A stretch of 61,637 nucleotides of DNA, counting the filler, from Sluysia triapertura (taxonomy: Eukaryota): assembly GCA_046118255.1 (NCBI GenBank). It is 5 parts of 5 records of this genome, joined end to end, with 100 filler letters (N's around TTAATTAATTAA, not from the genome) between each part and the next. Parts side by side here need not be neighbours in the genome. Positions count along the whole stretch, not along the records: positions 23,462 to 35,893 come from JBJNIA010110423.1; positions 35,994 to 49,250 come from JBJNIA010049561.1; 3 more parts are not named here. One strand, given 5' to 3'. The notes below the pieces were generated by a model. It saw only the letters and a program-made list of their open reading frames with translations, did no database searches and was not told the origin of the DNA. Made by a program: the position numbers and the translations under genes. The number at the start of each line of letters is the position of its first letter. The stretch's first letter is position 1. This document shows, piece after piece, positions 26,898 to 39,904 of the stretch.

Positions 26898-27789
26898 CTT
26901 AATTGAAATATAATTTAATCATCAATTAATTAAATAATTAAAAATAATAATAATAATTAAAAAAACTAATAATAATTTAGCATATTCGAGAATGCATCAA
27001 ATAATATCAAAATGGTCTAATTAAGATAGAAATCCAGGATATTTTTCTATACTATTTGATAATCTTAAATCTGAGTTGTCAGATCAGTGAAATAGCATAA
27101 TAAATAATAAACAATAATAATAAAAAATGTTTTAAGAATAATTTAATTTAAGTTTAAAACGCATTTCAAGTTATTTCTATCTAAAAGGAAAATTTAATGC
27201 TTTTATTGCCATTTAAACGGTGCTAAACATTATCTTTGAAGACTCGAGAACGGAAGTTCCGCTGTTATATTTATGAAAATAAAAATAAAAGATAAAAAAT
27301 TAAATTAATATTTTTACTAATATAAAATGTTATAAATAGATAAATTATATTATGCTATAATTATGAATAAATAATAAATTAAGCTTAAAATGTTCATTTG
27401 ATTAAGTAATTATTTAATTACTTGTAATTTATGTGCAATTAAATATTATTAATAATATTATTAAATATAAATAATAATTTAATTTGTTGTTTTTAAATTT
27501 TTTTTACAAAATTACAAAAATGTAAACTTCGTAAACAACGAAATAAGTGTAATATAGGTTCATTAAATAATAAAAAGAAAATAATTTCACTAATATTTAA
27601 CAAATCATTTATTAACAACATAAATCAATATAAAAACCATTTCGATACACGGATTATAAGATTTTTCATGATTCTAGAACAGAAGTCATTCGATTGTTCT
27701 TTGAAATATTGCATTAATTCAGAAGTTTTAAATTTCAAAATAACAAATAACAAAATTAACTAAAAAATATACTACTAATATTATATTTT

Positions 27790-28225
27790 TAGATGGGCAA
27801 AGCGGGACAACTCTGAAGGAGGGGGAAGTATCAACAAAAATTTTCATAAAGAATAAAAATAATATCGTAATATTTTTTTATTTTTAACATAAGTACAATT
27901 TATAAATATAAAAAAATGTATATTATTTTATTACTTGACATATTTTTTTATTTGAGTGAATTTGTTTCAGTAGATCGTTGTCATTTTTTAAAATATTGTA
28001 AGAAACTTCACAAGAATTTATCAAATTATATTTGACACATAAAATGGCTTTCAAAGTTTCAACACTTAATTTTGATTTGTCTGATGTCCACACTTGAGTT
28101 ACTGTAGAAAAAACCCAAAACAATGATTTTCATAAATATAAAATTTAACTTAATTCTAAGTCGGAACTTTTGAAAAACGTTGCGGGACAAATTGTGGAAA
28201 ATCGGGACTTTAATCTGGTCACTTT
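27790..28225 (-). mobile_element. hAT (Blackjack-like) internally deleted element retaining the C-terminal dimerisation segment
   Basis: ORF 27923-28123 reads VFSTVTQVWTSDKSKLSVETLKAILCVKYN...SC...LLKQIHS. The minus-strand terminus is taaagtgaccag, with repeated gtcccg/cgggac motifs at about 27803, 28183 and 28203. Confidence 0.75.
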
Positions 28226-29499
28226 AATTATATTATATATTCATCGTTATCATTAAAATATTATTATTATTATTATTTAATATTATTATTATTATTAATA
28301 TTAAACACTTCACAAATGACTATAATTAGAAAATAATTTTAAGATAATTGAAATTTAATTAAATTAAAGTAGAAGCAATATAAATTTAAAGAAAAATATA
28401 ATAACTAAAGAAAATAATTCTTAATAAATAAATGAAAAAACAAAAAAATTATTAAAGAAGAAGTAAAGAAGAAATAAATGTGTTCAAGTCAGTTCAGAAA
28501 TGTAGTACTGAAATTTGGTGAACAGATTTATTGTTATTATCCAAATTTATAGACCTTTTCATTCCGAGTGAGTCCACTATATCAAAAATTTTCTTTTTTA
28601 AAACTTATTTAGTGGCGTGAATTATGCTTTTGGTGAAGTTGTATGTTTCTAGTTGAGAATATTATTTTTATATAGATTTTTATAATATTATAAGCTTAAA
28701 ATTTAGAGTTATTAATTTTTGTTTAATTATCTTTATATTTATTTCATTTACTGACAAGGTCCTAAATCGATATTTAAATTTTATAAATATAATTATGAGT
28801 TATCGTGAATTCTTTTGACTGGTCTCTCGTTTTGTCAAAAATGGAACTGTTTTTTTTATAGTATGAGCTCAAATATTTTATTCCTCTTCAACTAATATAA
28901 TAACAAACACTAAATTCAATTATATTAGTCAAAACATATCAAATTTAAAAACCTTTTATTTTCTTTTTATTTTTAAAGATTTTAAGTTAGATTTTAAATT
29001 ATTTTATAATAACATACTTCTTTATATCATCTTTGCTGGCAGAAATGTGGGAAATGCAAATTTCTTTTTTTAATTTAATTCCATTAAAGCTTCAATTTAC
29101 TCCACTCAAAATAAAACAAAATTTGCCTAAATTATATAAAATTAGATACAAATTACAATAATATAAGAAAGTACATGTGCACAAAATTATAATATGACCA
29201 TTAACAATTAACAATTTTTTATTTTATTGATTAATTTTAATTTAATATTTTAAGAAAATTGCCAATTCCAAACCATTATTCAATTAAATGTTATAATTTC
29301 TCCCATAATCGTATATTAATCCTATCAAAGCAACATTTAATGATAGTTGAAATAAGTTTGATAAAATAACATTCAAATTAGTTTAAGATTCAGAAAATCA
29401 GAATGTTTTATAAATAATATTATTAATATTATTGTGTTAAATTGCTATCATAACTCTCTATGTCATTTAAAAATGCAATCACACTCTTTAAAATCGTAT

Positions 29500-29960
29500 G
29501 TTTCCATGAAAGAAATTCATTTTCGAAAAAAGAAAATTCGTTTCCGGAAATAGAAGAGGAGTTTCTAGAAAGTTCTAAAACGTTTCATCGATTCTAATAG
29601 ACTGATGACTAGTTTATAAAGTTTAATTTTATCTACCATTTTGGTGCTCTTAATTAATTAGTTTCGTTATCGGTAAATTCATCAATCCATCGTCAACCCC
29701 TTGGAATTCACAATTAGTAATTTTATCTATACAAGTTATTTATTCAAGATTATTCGGAAACAATATTCGCAATATTCCATGCCATTCATAAGATATTTTT
29801 ATTCAAGGAAATATTAATTTTTCTAAAAATTAATATATTAAAATATACTTAACGTTATTTTTTAAAATACATATTTATTTTCCCGATATATTGAGAGCTA
29901 AAATCTACTTAAATTCATATTTATTCAACAAAATAATTAAAGACCCTTAAGGTTTTAATT
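29500..29960 (+). repeat. dispersed repeat, copy 2 (homologous to about 22120-22560)
   Basis: Shares the same collinear blocks as copy 1. Confidence 0.7.
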
Positions 29961-30359
29961 ATAAATTTAAGCTGTTAATTGTATCACTTTTTCTGTCTTC
30001 TGCCTTTTTAGTATTATAATGAATATAATAGAACATTTTGTAAAAGGGTTAAATATGTTATATTTTAGAATAATTAAAAATGGACAAATTATAGAAATAA
30101 TAATTAAATTCAGATCCTTAGATAAGAAAGAATAACAATTATATAAGTGCATAAAAGCATCACTAATTTTATATCAAAGGTACGCTAATAATTATTAACT
30201 TAAAGTTACATGAATGCCCACTCTACGTTGTAAGTCGTTTATTGTAACTGGACACTGCTAAAAAATATTTTGTGTTATGAAAACCGCAGCAATTGGTAAT
30301 ATTGAAAATTTTATTCAAATATTCGACAATTATTTTAATTCAAACTTTTTACATTTTAG

Positions 30360-30926
30360 GTGTAACAATATGGGAAATTTTATCTTATGGTGCTACACCG
30401 TACGCAGAATTGAAAGCTAGTGAAATTTCTTCACACATTATTAATAGAAATAAATTACCGAAACCAATAATAGCTTCTACTTTGGTTTATTCAACACTTT
30501 GTTCTTGTAAATATTTTTTTATATTTTATAACATTACAAAATTATAGGTTGGTCAGAAAATCCTGCATTCCGATTGACATTTGAAGATTTATTTACACGA
30601 TTTTCTAATTACCGTCGACATTCTACTTATTTTTTAAACATTCCGGTAAATTTAATATTTTTACAAATTATATATTATTAACTAATATAAGTATGACATT
30701 TATATAAAAAAATTTCAGAACGACAAAAGTTTAATTCAATCTGCAAATAGTTGTGCGGATTATAATCATTTTGAAATGTTGAATATTAGGAATCATAAAA
30801 AAGGATATCGACAAAATTCAAATCAATCGGTTGAACAGATATCAGTTAACGATACTATTTATACAGATATTAATGATTATATGGATAACGTACATAGACA
30901 ACAATCTATTTTTAGTAACACATCAG
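30360..30926 (+). CDS. EGFR: EGFR/ErbB-family receptor tyrosine kinase: end of kinase domain and start of C-tail (3 exons)
   Basis: Exon 30360-30506 (147 nt) reads GVTIWEILSYGATPYAELKASEISSHI...LPKP. Exon 30548-30645 (98 nt) reads CWSENPAFRLTFEDL...YFLNIP. Exon 30719-30926 encodes a Tyr-containing tail. Junctions G|VT, C|W and the post-kinase phase-0 intron coincide with vertebrate EGFR exons 23/24. Confidence 0.85.
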
Positions 30927-31702
30927 GTTAGTTACGAATTTAAAATAATTAATTTTGAAAATAAACGTTGAAAATATAATGTTGTTGATTTATTAAGTTG
31001 ATAAGAAATGTTTTATTCAAAATGATTAAAAAATCAAAAACTGAAATTTCATTTTCATATTGAAATTAAATGCTCAATATTAGTTAAAATAATTTGAAAG
31101 CTTTTATCATACAAAATAGAAGAAATAACAATATAATATTCCAAAATCGTTCAAAATCAGATATTATTACTTTGACAAAATAAAACGACAATATAATTTA
31201 AATTAAATTATTTATTATTTTATTGTGAAACATTTCATACATAAATACAATGGTTTAAAATTATGATAAGCACGTTTATTATTCGTAATCGAAAGTTTAA
31301 TTTTATCATTGTATTGCTTTATTGATTAAAATGCAACTAAAGATTTATTATTCAACCAAACTAAACATTCACTGAATAAGAATAAAAAGAATTAACTATT
31401 TCATTTCTTTTAAATTATCAATATATTAATTATTTTAAAATTATCAATAAAAGTAGTAAATATTATCGGAAATATACTTAACCACTTTATCGCTAACATC
31501 AAGATTCTTATTAAACTCTCTTCAACTGACAACTTTATCATCGACATGGCGAAAAGAATCATAAACATTTAACATAAATCATCTTCAACTTTTTTAATAT
31601 ACAAACAACCTTAACTTTAACTTAAACAATCATAAGTTGTTTAATATTTACGTTAACACTCAATATCACTATACTTTCCAATTTGAACATTCTGAACATT
31701 AA

Positions 31703-31850
31703 CACTAATTCTACAAAAGGTGTCAAAAGACATCTTTTAACATTGTAATTTGAAATTATTTTCTAAGTTTAACCATTTTTTCTCAATTCATGTTTTGAGT
31801 TTTATTATAATAATTGTTAAATTTATTTAGCGGTATAATTTTCCTTCATC
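31703..31850 (+). repeat. isolated piggyBac terminus, same family as the end of the 15.5-17.4 kb element
   Basis: TTAA|cactaattctac...tttgaaattattttctaagtttaaccatttttctcaattcatgttttga is the reverse complement of about 17285-17398. Confidence 0.8.
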
Positions 31851-32129
31851 TCATCCTAGATCTAAAGATACATACCTGATATACAAAATCATGGTAGAAA
31901 TAATGTTAATATCTTTTTTCAGCATTCAATGAAACTATTACTCAAAAGACCTTAAAATAAATCAGTGTTACCACATTAAAGACAGCATGTGATGAAAACC
32001 GTATAGCCTGAATTCCCGCATATTTTGCTGAAATTATATAAATTAAAGGTAAATTATATAAAATATACGCTTGATTATATAAAATATACCAACTGATTTC
32101 GGACCCTATATATGTGATGCTGAAATACA

Positions 32130-34750
32130 ATACAAACGAAATCCTAACCTTAGCAACCTGACATCCGAGCCACCCGGCAACTCATCAGATCAACAGATCA
32201 ACCCATCTTCGAAAATCAAATCCAATCCCTGTACAACAAACTCCAAAATACTAGTGACATCCCGATAGATGAAATATTCCAATCCATATGTGATGCTATC
32301 CAACGGATTAAGCCACCCAAATTCCCAAACATTATGGCACAACACAAAAGAAGCTTGCAACGCGAAACGCTACAACCCAGATTGGACAAGATCTTCACTG
32401 AAAACCAAGCCAAAGCATTCCATATAATTACTGGAATAGCCAACTCTCCTACCAATCCCACACCAGAGGAAATCTGCCAGTACTTCAGTAGTGGAATAGT
32501 ACCACCGTTCGACCCACTTAAAGTCACTCACTTTCCAACATTCATGGACTATAGACTAGTGATCCCATCCTGGAGATTTAGATTCTCACCACTCTCAAAT
32601 ACTGCAAGCGCTCATCACCAGGTCACAACCAAATAATGTTCGAGAATTTAAAGGATGCCGATCCCACTGGTCAACCAAAAGGTCCAGACTGCTTGGAAGA
32701 ACTACAACACTGTATTGATAATCAAACCCAATAAATATGACTTGGCACAAGGCGTCGATTCATAGAAGCCTATAGCTATAGTGGACTGCAGTTATAGAGT
32801 CTTTGCCAAGATCTTGAATGACCGTTTACTGGCATGAGTCAAAAGTGGCAACCTCAAAGTACACACCAAGCTGCTCTTCTCCAATCAGATTGATACACCG
32901 AGCACAACTTCCAACTCCACTCACTTAGAGAAATAGTGGAGTCGATAAATCACAGGAAATCGCGCAAAATCGAATTACACATCGTCTTACTCGACTTGGT
33001 TCGGTGCGGCACAATCTGATATGGTATACACTTTCAAGTATGGAACTCCAACAGCAAACCCTGAACATCCTGAAGGACCTATACCAAGACAACAGTACCA
33101 CCTACAAATGCAATGGCATTATAACCAAACCCGTACCGATCATGTATGGAGTAAAACAAGGATATCCATTATCCATGACGCTATCTGATCAACCAGTTCA
33201 CGGATGATGACTACATCAAAATAACTGATGACCTAAAATTTCTTCCATACCTGGAATATGTTGACGACACAGCCCTCATCGTCACTACTTTCGACAGACT
33301 ACAACAAATTGTCAACGGAGTTGTCCAAAATGCGAAATCAGCCAACCTCATATTCCGGCCTACAAAATGCTTCTACGACAACATGCCCGGCTCGAGATAT
33401 TCACTACTAATCGAAAATACTCCGATTCCCTGTGTCACTATTCTGTGACTATAAACGGCAAAGTTTATTAATACACCGAACTAGTCTCGAAATCAAAACT
33501 GAGTGCCCGGAATAAGTTCCTCATATACAGAAACTTTGTGCAGTCCAGACTTTCGTTCCACCTAAGGAACCTGAATATCAATGTACAATCCCTCAGCAAT
33601 CCCCATCCTAAAAGCACATCCAAAGATATAAGAACTGCTGAAAATGAACAGGAGTTTCTTTCTTGCACACAGGAACCATGGAGGACTCAGCCTAACCTGA
33701 GCATATGACGACTACGTGTGTCAGAACGTGATGTGCGTTCAGACTATTCAATAGTCATAAACCGATAATACGCACACTGACACATCGGAAAGTTGTACAG
33801 ATAGCCAACAGCCGGATGAATGGAGATTGTGTGGATCTGACCCAAGCTCTCGCATGGCTCAATGGAAGTCCTACGGATAAGCGCACTCGGTTGCAAACCC
33901 GAACTTCTACCAAGAACTTGGAACAAAAGTATCGGATCAGTGCTTCATTCATCTGCTCTGACAACTACAATGTCTAACAATCCTTGAAGTCGGACATACT
34001 TGGCGACAACCCAATCATTATTAGCCACTACCAAAGAACAAAGTCGGAAAATACCTACACGAGCTGATCAGCACTTGCAATAACAATATCTGGAAGTCTA
34101 AAGTGCCAGGGTATCTATGTCGACTCTCTCATGCAGTGCCTACTCTCCAACAAATCCCTGTCACTTGAACTGGATGTTTAGTCTTAGTCTTAATTTCAGT
34201 CCACAGAACATGCGTCTCTATGTGCCAGTATCACGTCGATGGTGTGGCTTCGAATCTGAATCCCTTCTACACGTGCTCTGTCTATGTTCTCACACAAGCA
34301 CAGCCAGAACAGTCCGGCACAACAAAATCCTTAACTACCTAGTGGACAATATGACCGATAATCTCGGTCATCAAGGATTCGCATGCACCAATTATCGGTG
34401 AGTCTCGACGACCTGACATAGAGGCCCGCGGTACTTCCTCATCGCAACTGTTCTTGATTGATGCCAAAACTCCATGGACCTGAAGAAAAATTTCGAAATA
34501 GCCCGAACCACAAATATTGCGAAATATGCTGATCTCCAGGGCAAACTGCAGAAACAACTGAAGTGCAAGGTGTCTCTGGATACATTCGTCGTTGGAGCGT
34601 TTGGTTCATGGGATCCCTAGAATGACAAGCTTCTCAAGGCGCTTGGCTTCCACAAGACCGAAATCAAGACCCTAGTACGACTAGCTGTGAAGTCCTCAAA
34701 TAACGCATGCTGCGACCATGTCCTACAAGGTCCTTAAAAAGAGAAAGAAA
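32130..34750 (+). mobile_element. decayed non-LTR retrotransposon with RT and restriction-like endonuclease (NeSL/Utopia/R5-type)
   Basis: GC-richer island. RT motifs: KPI...YRVFAKILNDRL (about 32770-32830), GVKQGYPLS (about 33150-33175), YVDD (33257). Then a degenerate CCHC (RWCGFESESLLHVLCLC), RHN (34315), RRPDI (about 34407), LIDAKTP and FVVGAFGSWDP*ND (34585-34626), followed by an A/G-rich tail. Many stops and frameshifts. Confidence 0.9.
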
Positions 34751-34792
34751 AGACTAAAACTATTATATTAATACGTTTTTTTAATCATCGAA

Positions 34793-34839
34793 CTGCGCAG
34801 CGAGAAGTCCCGGGTTCGATCTCCGGTCAGTCCATTTTT
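34793..34839 (+). ncRNA. 3' half of a tRNA-like sequence (tRNA pseudogene or tRNA-SINE head remnant)
   Basis: gcgagaagtcccgggttcgatctccggtcagtcca-TTTTT contains a variable loop, a T-arm with B-box GGTTCGATC and a T-run. No A-box or matching 5' acceptor strand upstream. Confidence 0.6.
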
Positions 34840-35031
34840 CGAAGTCTAACATATATCTAATATAAATAATAAAAATTCGGAAACCAAAATGAATGTCTTT
34901 CATATAAAATCCACAGTGATAATGAAGATAGGTGATAGGGTATGAATCATTTATGGAACCAAATCACCAAAGGTTTATTAAATATTTAAGAAAACGACAA
35001 ATACTTACAATTTCAAAAATATTTTAGTAAG

Positions 35032-35886
35032 TGATTTATTTTAAGCGCTTTTGAGTACTTACTTTTTAGTAAATAGTAGCGCCAGATAAATTAATATATT
35101 AATTATTATTATTTCTTTTTGAAAATACCAAGAATATTCGAGTTCTTTGAATTATTTCTTTTTGTTAAAGTTTTAGTTAAACTATTTAAGATTAATTAAA
35201 TTAAAAATAATTTTTAACTTTATTTTTATTTTTTAAGTACTTACTTAAGTACTTATAATAATATGAGGATGAAACTTCTTTTTATGTAGTATTCTGTGTT
35301 TATACTATATTATGGCCAGTACGTTTTTGAATTCCACGCTATTATATGGCCAATCTTTTTCTATAATTAAAATCATTGAAATAATTTTAATAATATCCAT
35401 TGTCGCGATATTATTTCTATATTATCGGTGTGATTATATTATAATTTATATATTTATTTAATTTACATTCTCATTTTTTGTGTTGATTTATGGTTAATAG
35501 TTTTTGTATTTTCATTTTATTAATTTTTTTTACACTTTTGCCGTTTAATTAAGTTTGATTAATTTTCTCTGCGTTCTCTTTTTATTTTCTTTGGTTTTCG
35601 TTCAAATCTTTAAGCGTTTCCTATTTATTAATATTTTATTTTTATTTTTGGTAGTTTTGAATTTAAGTTTATTTAGATTTTAAATTATGAAAATTATAAT
35701 TTAATAAAAGTATAAGGTTTAGCTCACAATATCGAAACTGCAAATTCTAAGCTTAAATAAAACGAAGCCGATATTAGAATTTTGTTCATTACTATACTTT
35801 CATACTTTTATATTAATAATATATTAATTTATATTGCGCTCATATCTACTGCAAAGTAAGTACTCAAAAGCGCTTAAAATAAATCA
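35032..35886. mobile_element. MITE-like element with perfect 34-bp inverted repeats
   Basis: tgatttattttaagcgcttttgagtacttacttt (35032-35065) is the exact reverse complement of 35853-35886. The match extends imperfectly inward and the interior is non-coding. Confidence 0.8.
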
Positions 35887-35893
35887 TTCACCA

Positions 35894-35993
35894 NNNNNNN
35901 NNNNNNNNNNNNNNNNNNNNNNNNNNNNNNNNNNNNNTTAATTAATTAANNNNNNNNNNNNNNNNNNNNNNNNNNNNNNNNNNNNNNNNNNNN
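35894..35993. other. artificial contig linker
   Basis: N44-TTAATTAATTAA-N44. Confidence 0.98.
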
Positions 35994-37319
35994 TAATCAA
36001 TTCAAATAAAATAAAATCAATCAAATATTTTGTCTATGTCAATTAACAAATATTCGTGTTCATTACTTTTACATTTCTGACACTTTTAATTCTTAAGAGA
36101 GCTCTGATATTTATATCAATTTCTTAATAGATATTAGCAGAAATCCATTCAATTACTATTGGCTAATCCCTTAGTCCACTACAAACATTATTATTTTAAT
36201 TTTCTGTTAATTAATTAATTTTATTTTTAATCTATTAATGACTAATGGAAAATCCATTAGTCCATTATAAACATTTTATTTTTTCATTATAACTTATTAA
36301 TTTTATTTTGAAAAATTTTTAATTTTAACATTTATTATTTATTTATTAAATAAACAAATATAACAATAAATAATATAAACTCAACATAAGTAACAACTTG
36401 ATTTGTATCATTGATCAAATAAAAATTGATCGTGATAATTTGCATTTGATTTGTGAATATTAGATTCATCAGGATTTCAGATTAAATTAACTTTCTTATA
36501 GAGTTACTATTATTAATTAAATTAAAGACACAACAATACGAAGTATTAATTATCATTAATTGTCAAATAATTTTTGGTCAAAGAGTCGCAGAAATCATGA
36601 GTGAGCCACATGCAGCATAAAAGTTGGTCATGGCTTTGACATTATCTTCAATAAATTTGTAAAAATTATCAAAAAGGCGTAGTTTAATAGACTGTAAATT
36701 TTCGAACATCATGTGATGAAATAAACTATATTCCTTTTACTTTGATATTTTTAAAAAGTTTCGAAAACAAAAACAGGAAATTATAAAATTTTTCATTGCT
36801 TACCATACATTACTTTCGAGTTTTTTAATGTTAGTAAAGCTTATTATATAACCTCAGATTTACTAAAATATTATGGAAAAGTACTTTCACGTTAACTTAA
36901 TTTTTAAAAACATTCATGTTCATATATTATTTTTATTTTTTGCAAAATAAAAAGTTAATTTATCTAATATATCTGTCTTATAATATCTGCTTTTTTCCAA
37001 TTATTTTCATTAAATGCAAGATTAATTGAATATAAAATGTCAATATAACTTCGTAGGAACTTATCATGCGGAAATCCTGATCAACAAAACTAAAAGTTAT
37101 ATAATTAGATTCAAATATACTTGAAAATTTGAACATTTGTTTTAAATTTCTGATTCTAAATTGATTGACAATATATTCGAAATTATTAAAATTTTAAACA
37201 TTTTTAAGATTCAAATGCACGAAGCAAATTTAAAAATTAATTTAATAACTGTTTTTTAATTTTTTAAATATATTATGTTGCAATTATATTGAAATTCATT
37301 ATATGTTATATATTGTTAA

Positions 37320-38141
37320 ATGGGCTCTTCCAAATCTAAAGAATTGGTAAGAGATCAACCAAATGTAAGTATTTCTGAATGTCCAGTACAGCACGTAAAT
37401 AATTCATCATCCGCTGGCCAAAGTCAAGCATCTCATAAAATAAGTTTATCTTGTCCAGTTGGAGAACAAATTGATCTATCAAACATGATGCCTCCTGCTA
37501 ATCAAAATCCAAGCCCAGATCAACCTTTTTTATTGTCAACAGATAGGGTTGTATCTTCAATTCCGAAATTTGGCGATAAAGAAGATGAAAACTGGGTATA
37601 TCCGTCTGCTCAAATGTTTTGGAATGCGATGATTCGTAAAGGTTGGCGTTGGAAAGATGATGATATTAAAGTCGAAGACATGGATAATATAATAAAAATA
37701 CATAATGTTAACAATGAATTGGCTTGGCGTGAAGTACTTTTATGGGAAAGCATGCATTTTGACGAATGTAAAACTCCAAAGTTAAAAAGATTTGGTGGTA
37801 AAGCAAAAGATTATTCTCCACGTGCAAGATACCGACATTTAATAGGTTATGAATATCCTTTTGATAGACATGATTGGGTTGTTGATAGGTGCGGAAAAGA
37901 AATTCGATATGTGATTGACTACTACGATAGTGGTAATGTCGATAAGAATTTTCAGTTTGCATTGCTTGATGTACGTCCAGCAATTGATTCGTTACAGTCA
38001 ATAATTGATCGCCTTAAAGTTACTTATTGGAGATATACGAATACTAATCCAAATTTACCTTCAATTGAAAAATATTTCAAGTCAAGTAAAGAATCAAGTA
38101 TATCTAATTCAAGTAAAATGGAACAAGTTAAAAATTCATAA
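37320..38141 (+). CDS. HCCS: holocytochrome c-type synthase (cytochrome c heme lyase), single exon
   Basis: 273-aa ORF with an MGSSKSK N-terminus, two CPV heme-regulatory motifs, [66 protein letters not shown] and LDVRPA. Confidence 0.97.
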   Translation: MGSSKSKELVRDQPNVSISECPVQHVNNSSSAGQSQASHKISLSCPVGEQIDLSNMMPPANQNPSPDQPFLLSTDRVVSSIPKFGDKEDENWVYPSAQMFWNAMIRKGWRWKDDDIKVEDMDNIIKIHNVNNELAWREVLLWESMHFDECKTPKLKRFGGKAKDYSPRARYRHLIGYEYPFDRHDWVVDRCGKEIRYVIDYYDSGNVDKNFQFALLDVRPAIDSLQSIIDRLKVTYWRYTNTNPNLPSIEKYFKSSKESSISNSSKMEQVKNS

Positions 38142-39240
38142 CTTTTAAATACATAAATTTTAGTTTATTTAATTGTTAAGAATTTAATTTTTTTGAAACT
38201 ATGAAATTAACAGAGTTTTTATATTTGATTTATATTTTTATAATTGTTTTGAGGAAAATTAACAAAAGCCTTAAATATGCATTCAATTTTTTTAAATATA
38301 TTTCAAAATATGCAAGTAGTCTTATTATTTAATAATAATACTAAGGCATGTAAGATAAAGTAGTCAAAATAATAAAAAGTTCGGAAAGAACATTATGCAT
38401 AAATATTACTACACTCATTTAAAGAGTTTCAAAGTTTAAAAATACTTATTTAAAGAGTAAAATTTTGTATATATTGGTAGCAGATAGTCGTAAGGTGGTT
38501 CATCAAGTTTTAAAGCAATGAAATCTTTCGCACTTAACCCATACGCTGCTAAGCCTAAATTATTCGCTTTGCCATTTCTGTTTTGAGTATTATTGTTTAT
38601 CTAAGTATTATTTCAAGATAAATACATTTTGAATTTTATAAAACAACTTATTTGTGGTTTTTTTTCAAGTTTTTACACTTGAAAGTATCCAGTATATTCG
38701 TGCTGGCAATGAGTAACACTCTGCCAACCACCAGTATATTCGTAATTGCCAGCGAATTATTGTAAGGTTAAATACATATATGATGAGCCAAAACATTTCA
38801 TTAATCTTTCTATAAATAGATTTCACATCTACCAGTTCCTTCTCAAGTTTACTACTTGCTCATGTCTAAATTTCATTTTATTTAAAACTAAAACTTTCAT
38901 TTTAAGACGAAAACCACATTAATTTTTACATATCCATGTAAGGAATAAAATTTCCAATACCTTAAAATATGTTAGAATTAATATTTAATCTTGATACTTT
39001 TATATATTGGAGATGATGGCTCAATCCTTGCCTATAACATGACACAAATACACAAAAGTTTGCTGCCAACACATTAAAGTCCATTTTCAATTCATTATTA
39101 CATATCACAGTTACACCTCGAACCCTTTATTTCCTACAAAACATAGCATTCACTATTTTATTTTATTGATCACTAAAACAAAAAGAGTTAATCCAATCAT
39201 ATCACCTCTAATGTTATTATCATCACTATTGTTGCCAATG

Positions 39241-39249
39241 TTATTGTTA

Positions 39250-39298
<49 letters not shown>
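39241..39298. repeat. (TTA)n microsatellite
   Basis: Read directly from the sequence. Confidence 0.9.
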
Positions 39299-39379
39299 CA
39301 ACATTGCAAATGATTTCAATATCAATCAAACACAGTCCCTTCAAATTTGAGGTTATATTTAAAAGATAGCCGCATAAAT

Positions 39380-39720
39380 AAAATAAGTCAAAGGAGTTTA
39401 TAAAGTATTACTGAAATATCAAGATACAGGACCGGCTATATAATAGTGCACAGTATAATCTTATTATTAATCTAATGGAAAATAATTTATCAATTACGAT
39501 AATCATTATGGATAATGCATGTGCCAAGAATAATCACGAAATAAAATTTATTCCACCGTATTCTCTATACTTAATCCAATTGAAGAAATATTTTTGAAAT
39601 GAAAAAAATATAAAATCCTTAATTGTTACACAGAAGATCAATTAAAATTGAAAATAATGTCAAACAAGTTTGGATATTGTAACTCATATTTTATGCATAT
39701 GCGCGAAAAGAGCAAATGAC
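39380..39720 (+). mobile_element. Tc1/IS630-type DDE transposase remnant
   Basis: IIIMDNA (about 39499-39519), then IKFIPPYS..(frameshift)LNPIEEIFLK*K (39541-39605). This matches the DDE_3 motif FLPPYSPxLNPIE. Confidence 0.75.
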
Positions 39721-39904
39721 AATGACCTCTTTTAAATAAATATCTTTTATTCTAAATTTATTGTAATTTTATTAAAAAGCATGAATGTTCGCTTATTTTA
39801 GAGTTTTATTTTATTTTATTATAATTAATTCAAAAAGATTAATTTATACGACGAAATGCTTAAATTATTTGACGTATGGATTAAATTATATTAAAACTAA
39901 GAGA

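Noticed and set aside
28550-28645. AFGEV-encoding stretch as the EGFR glycine-rich loop exon
   Set aside because: It lacks GxGxxG and VAIK context, and the intervening kinase exons are not found before 30360.
32130-34750. Alternative genetic code or stop read-through explaining the many in-frame stops
   Set aside because: Stops of all three types co-occur with frameshifts only in TE remnants. Host genes translate cleanly with the standard code.
37708-38001. 97-aa minus-strand ORF
   Set aside because: Antisense shadow of HCCS.
39153-39369. Poly-Asn and poly-Leu ORFs (39153-39344 minus, 39166-39369 plus)
   Set aside because: Artefacts of a (TTA)n microsatellite.
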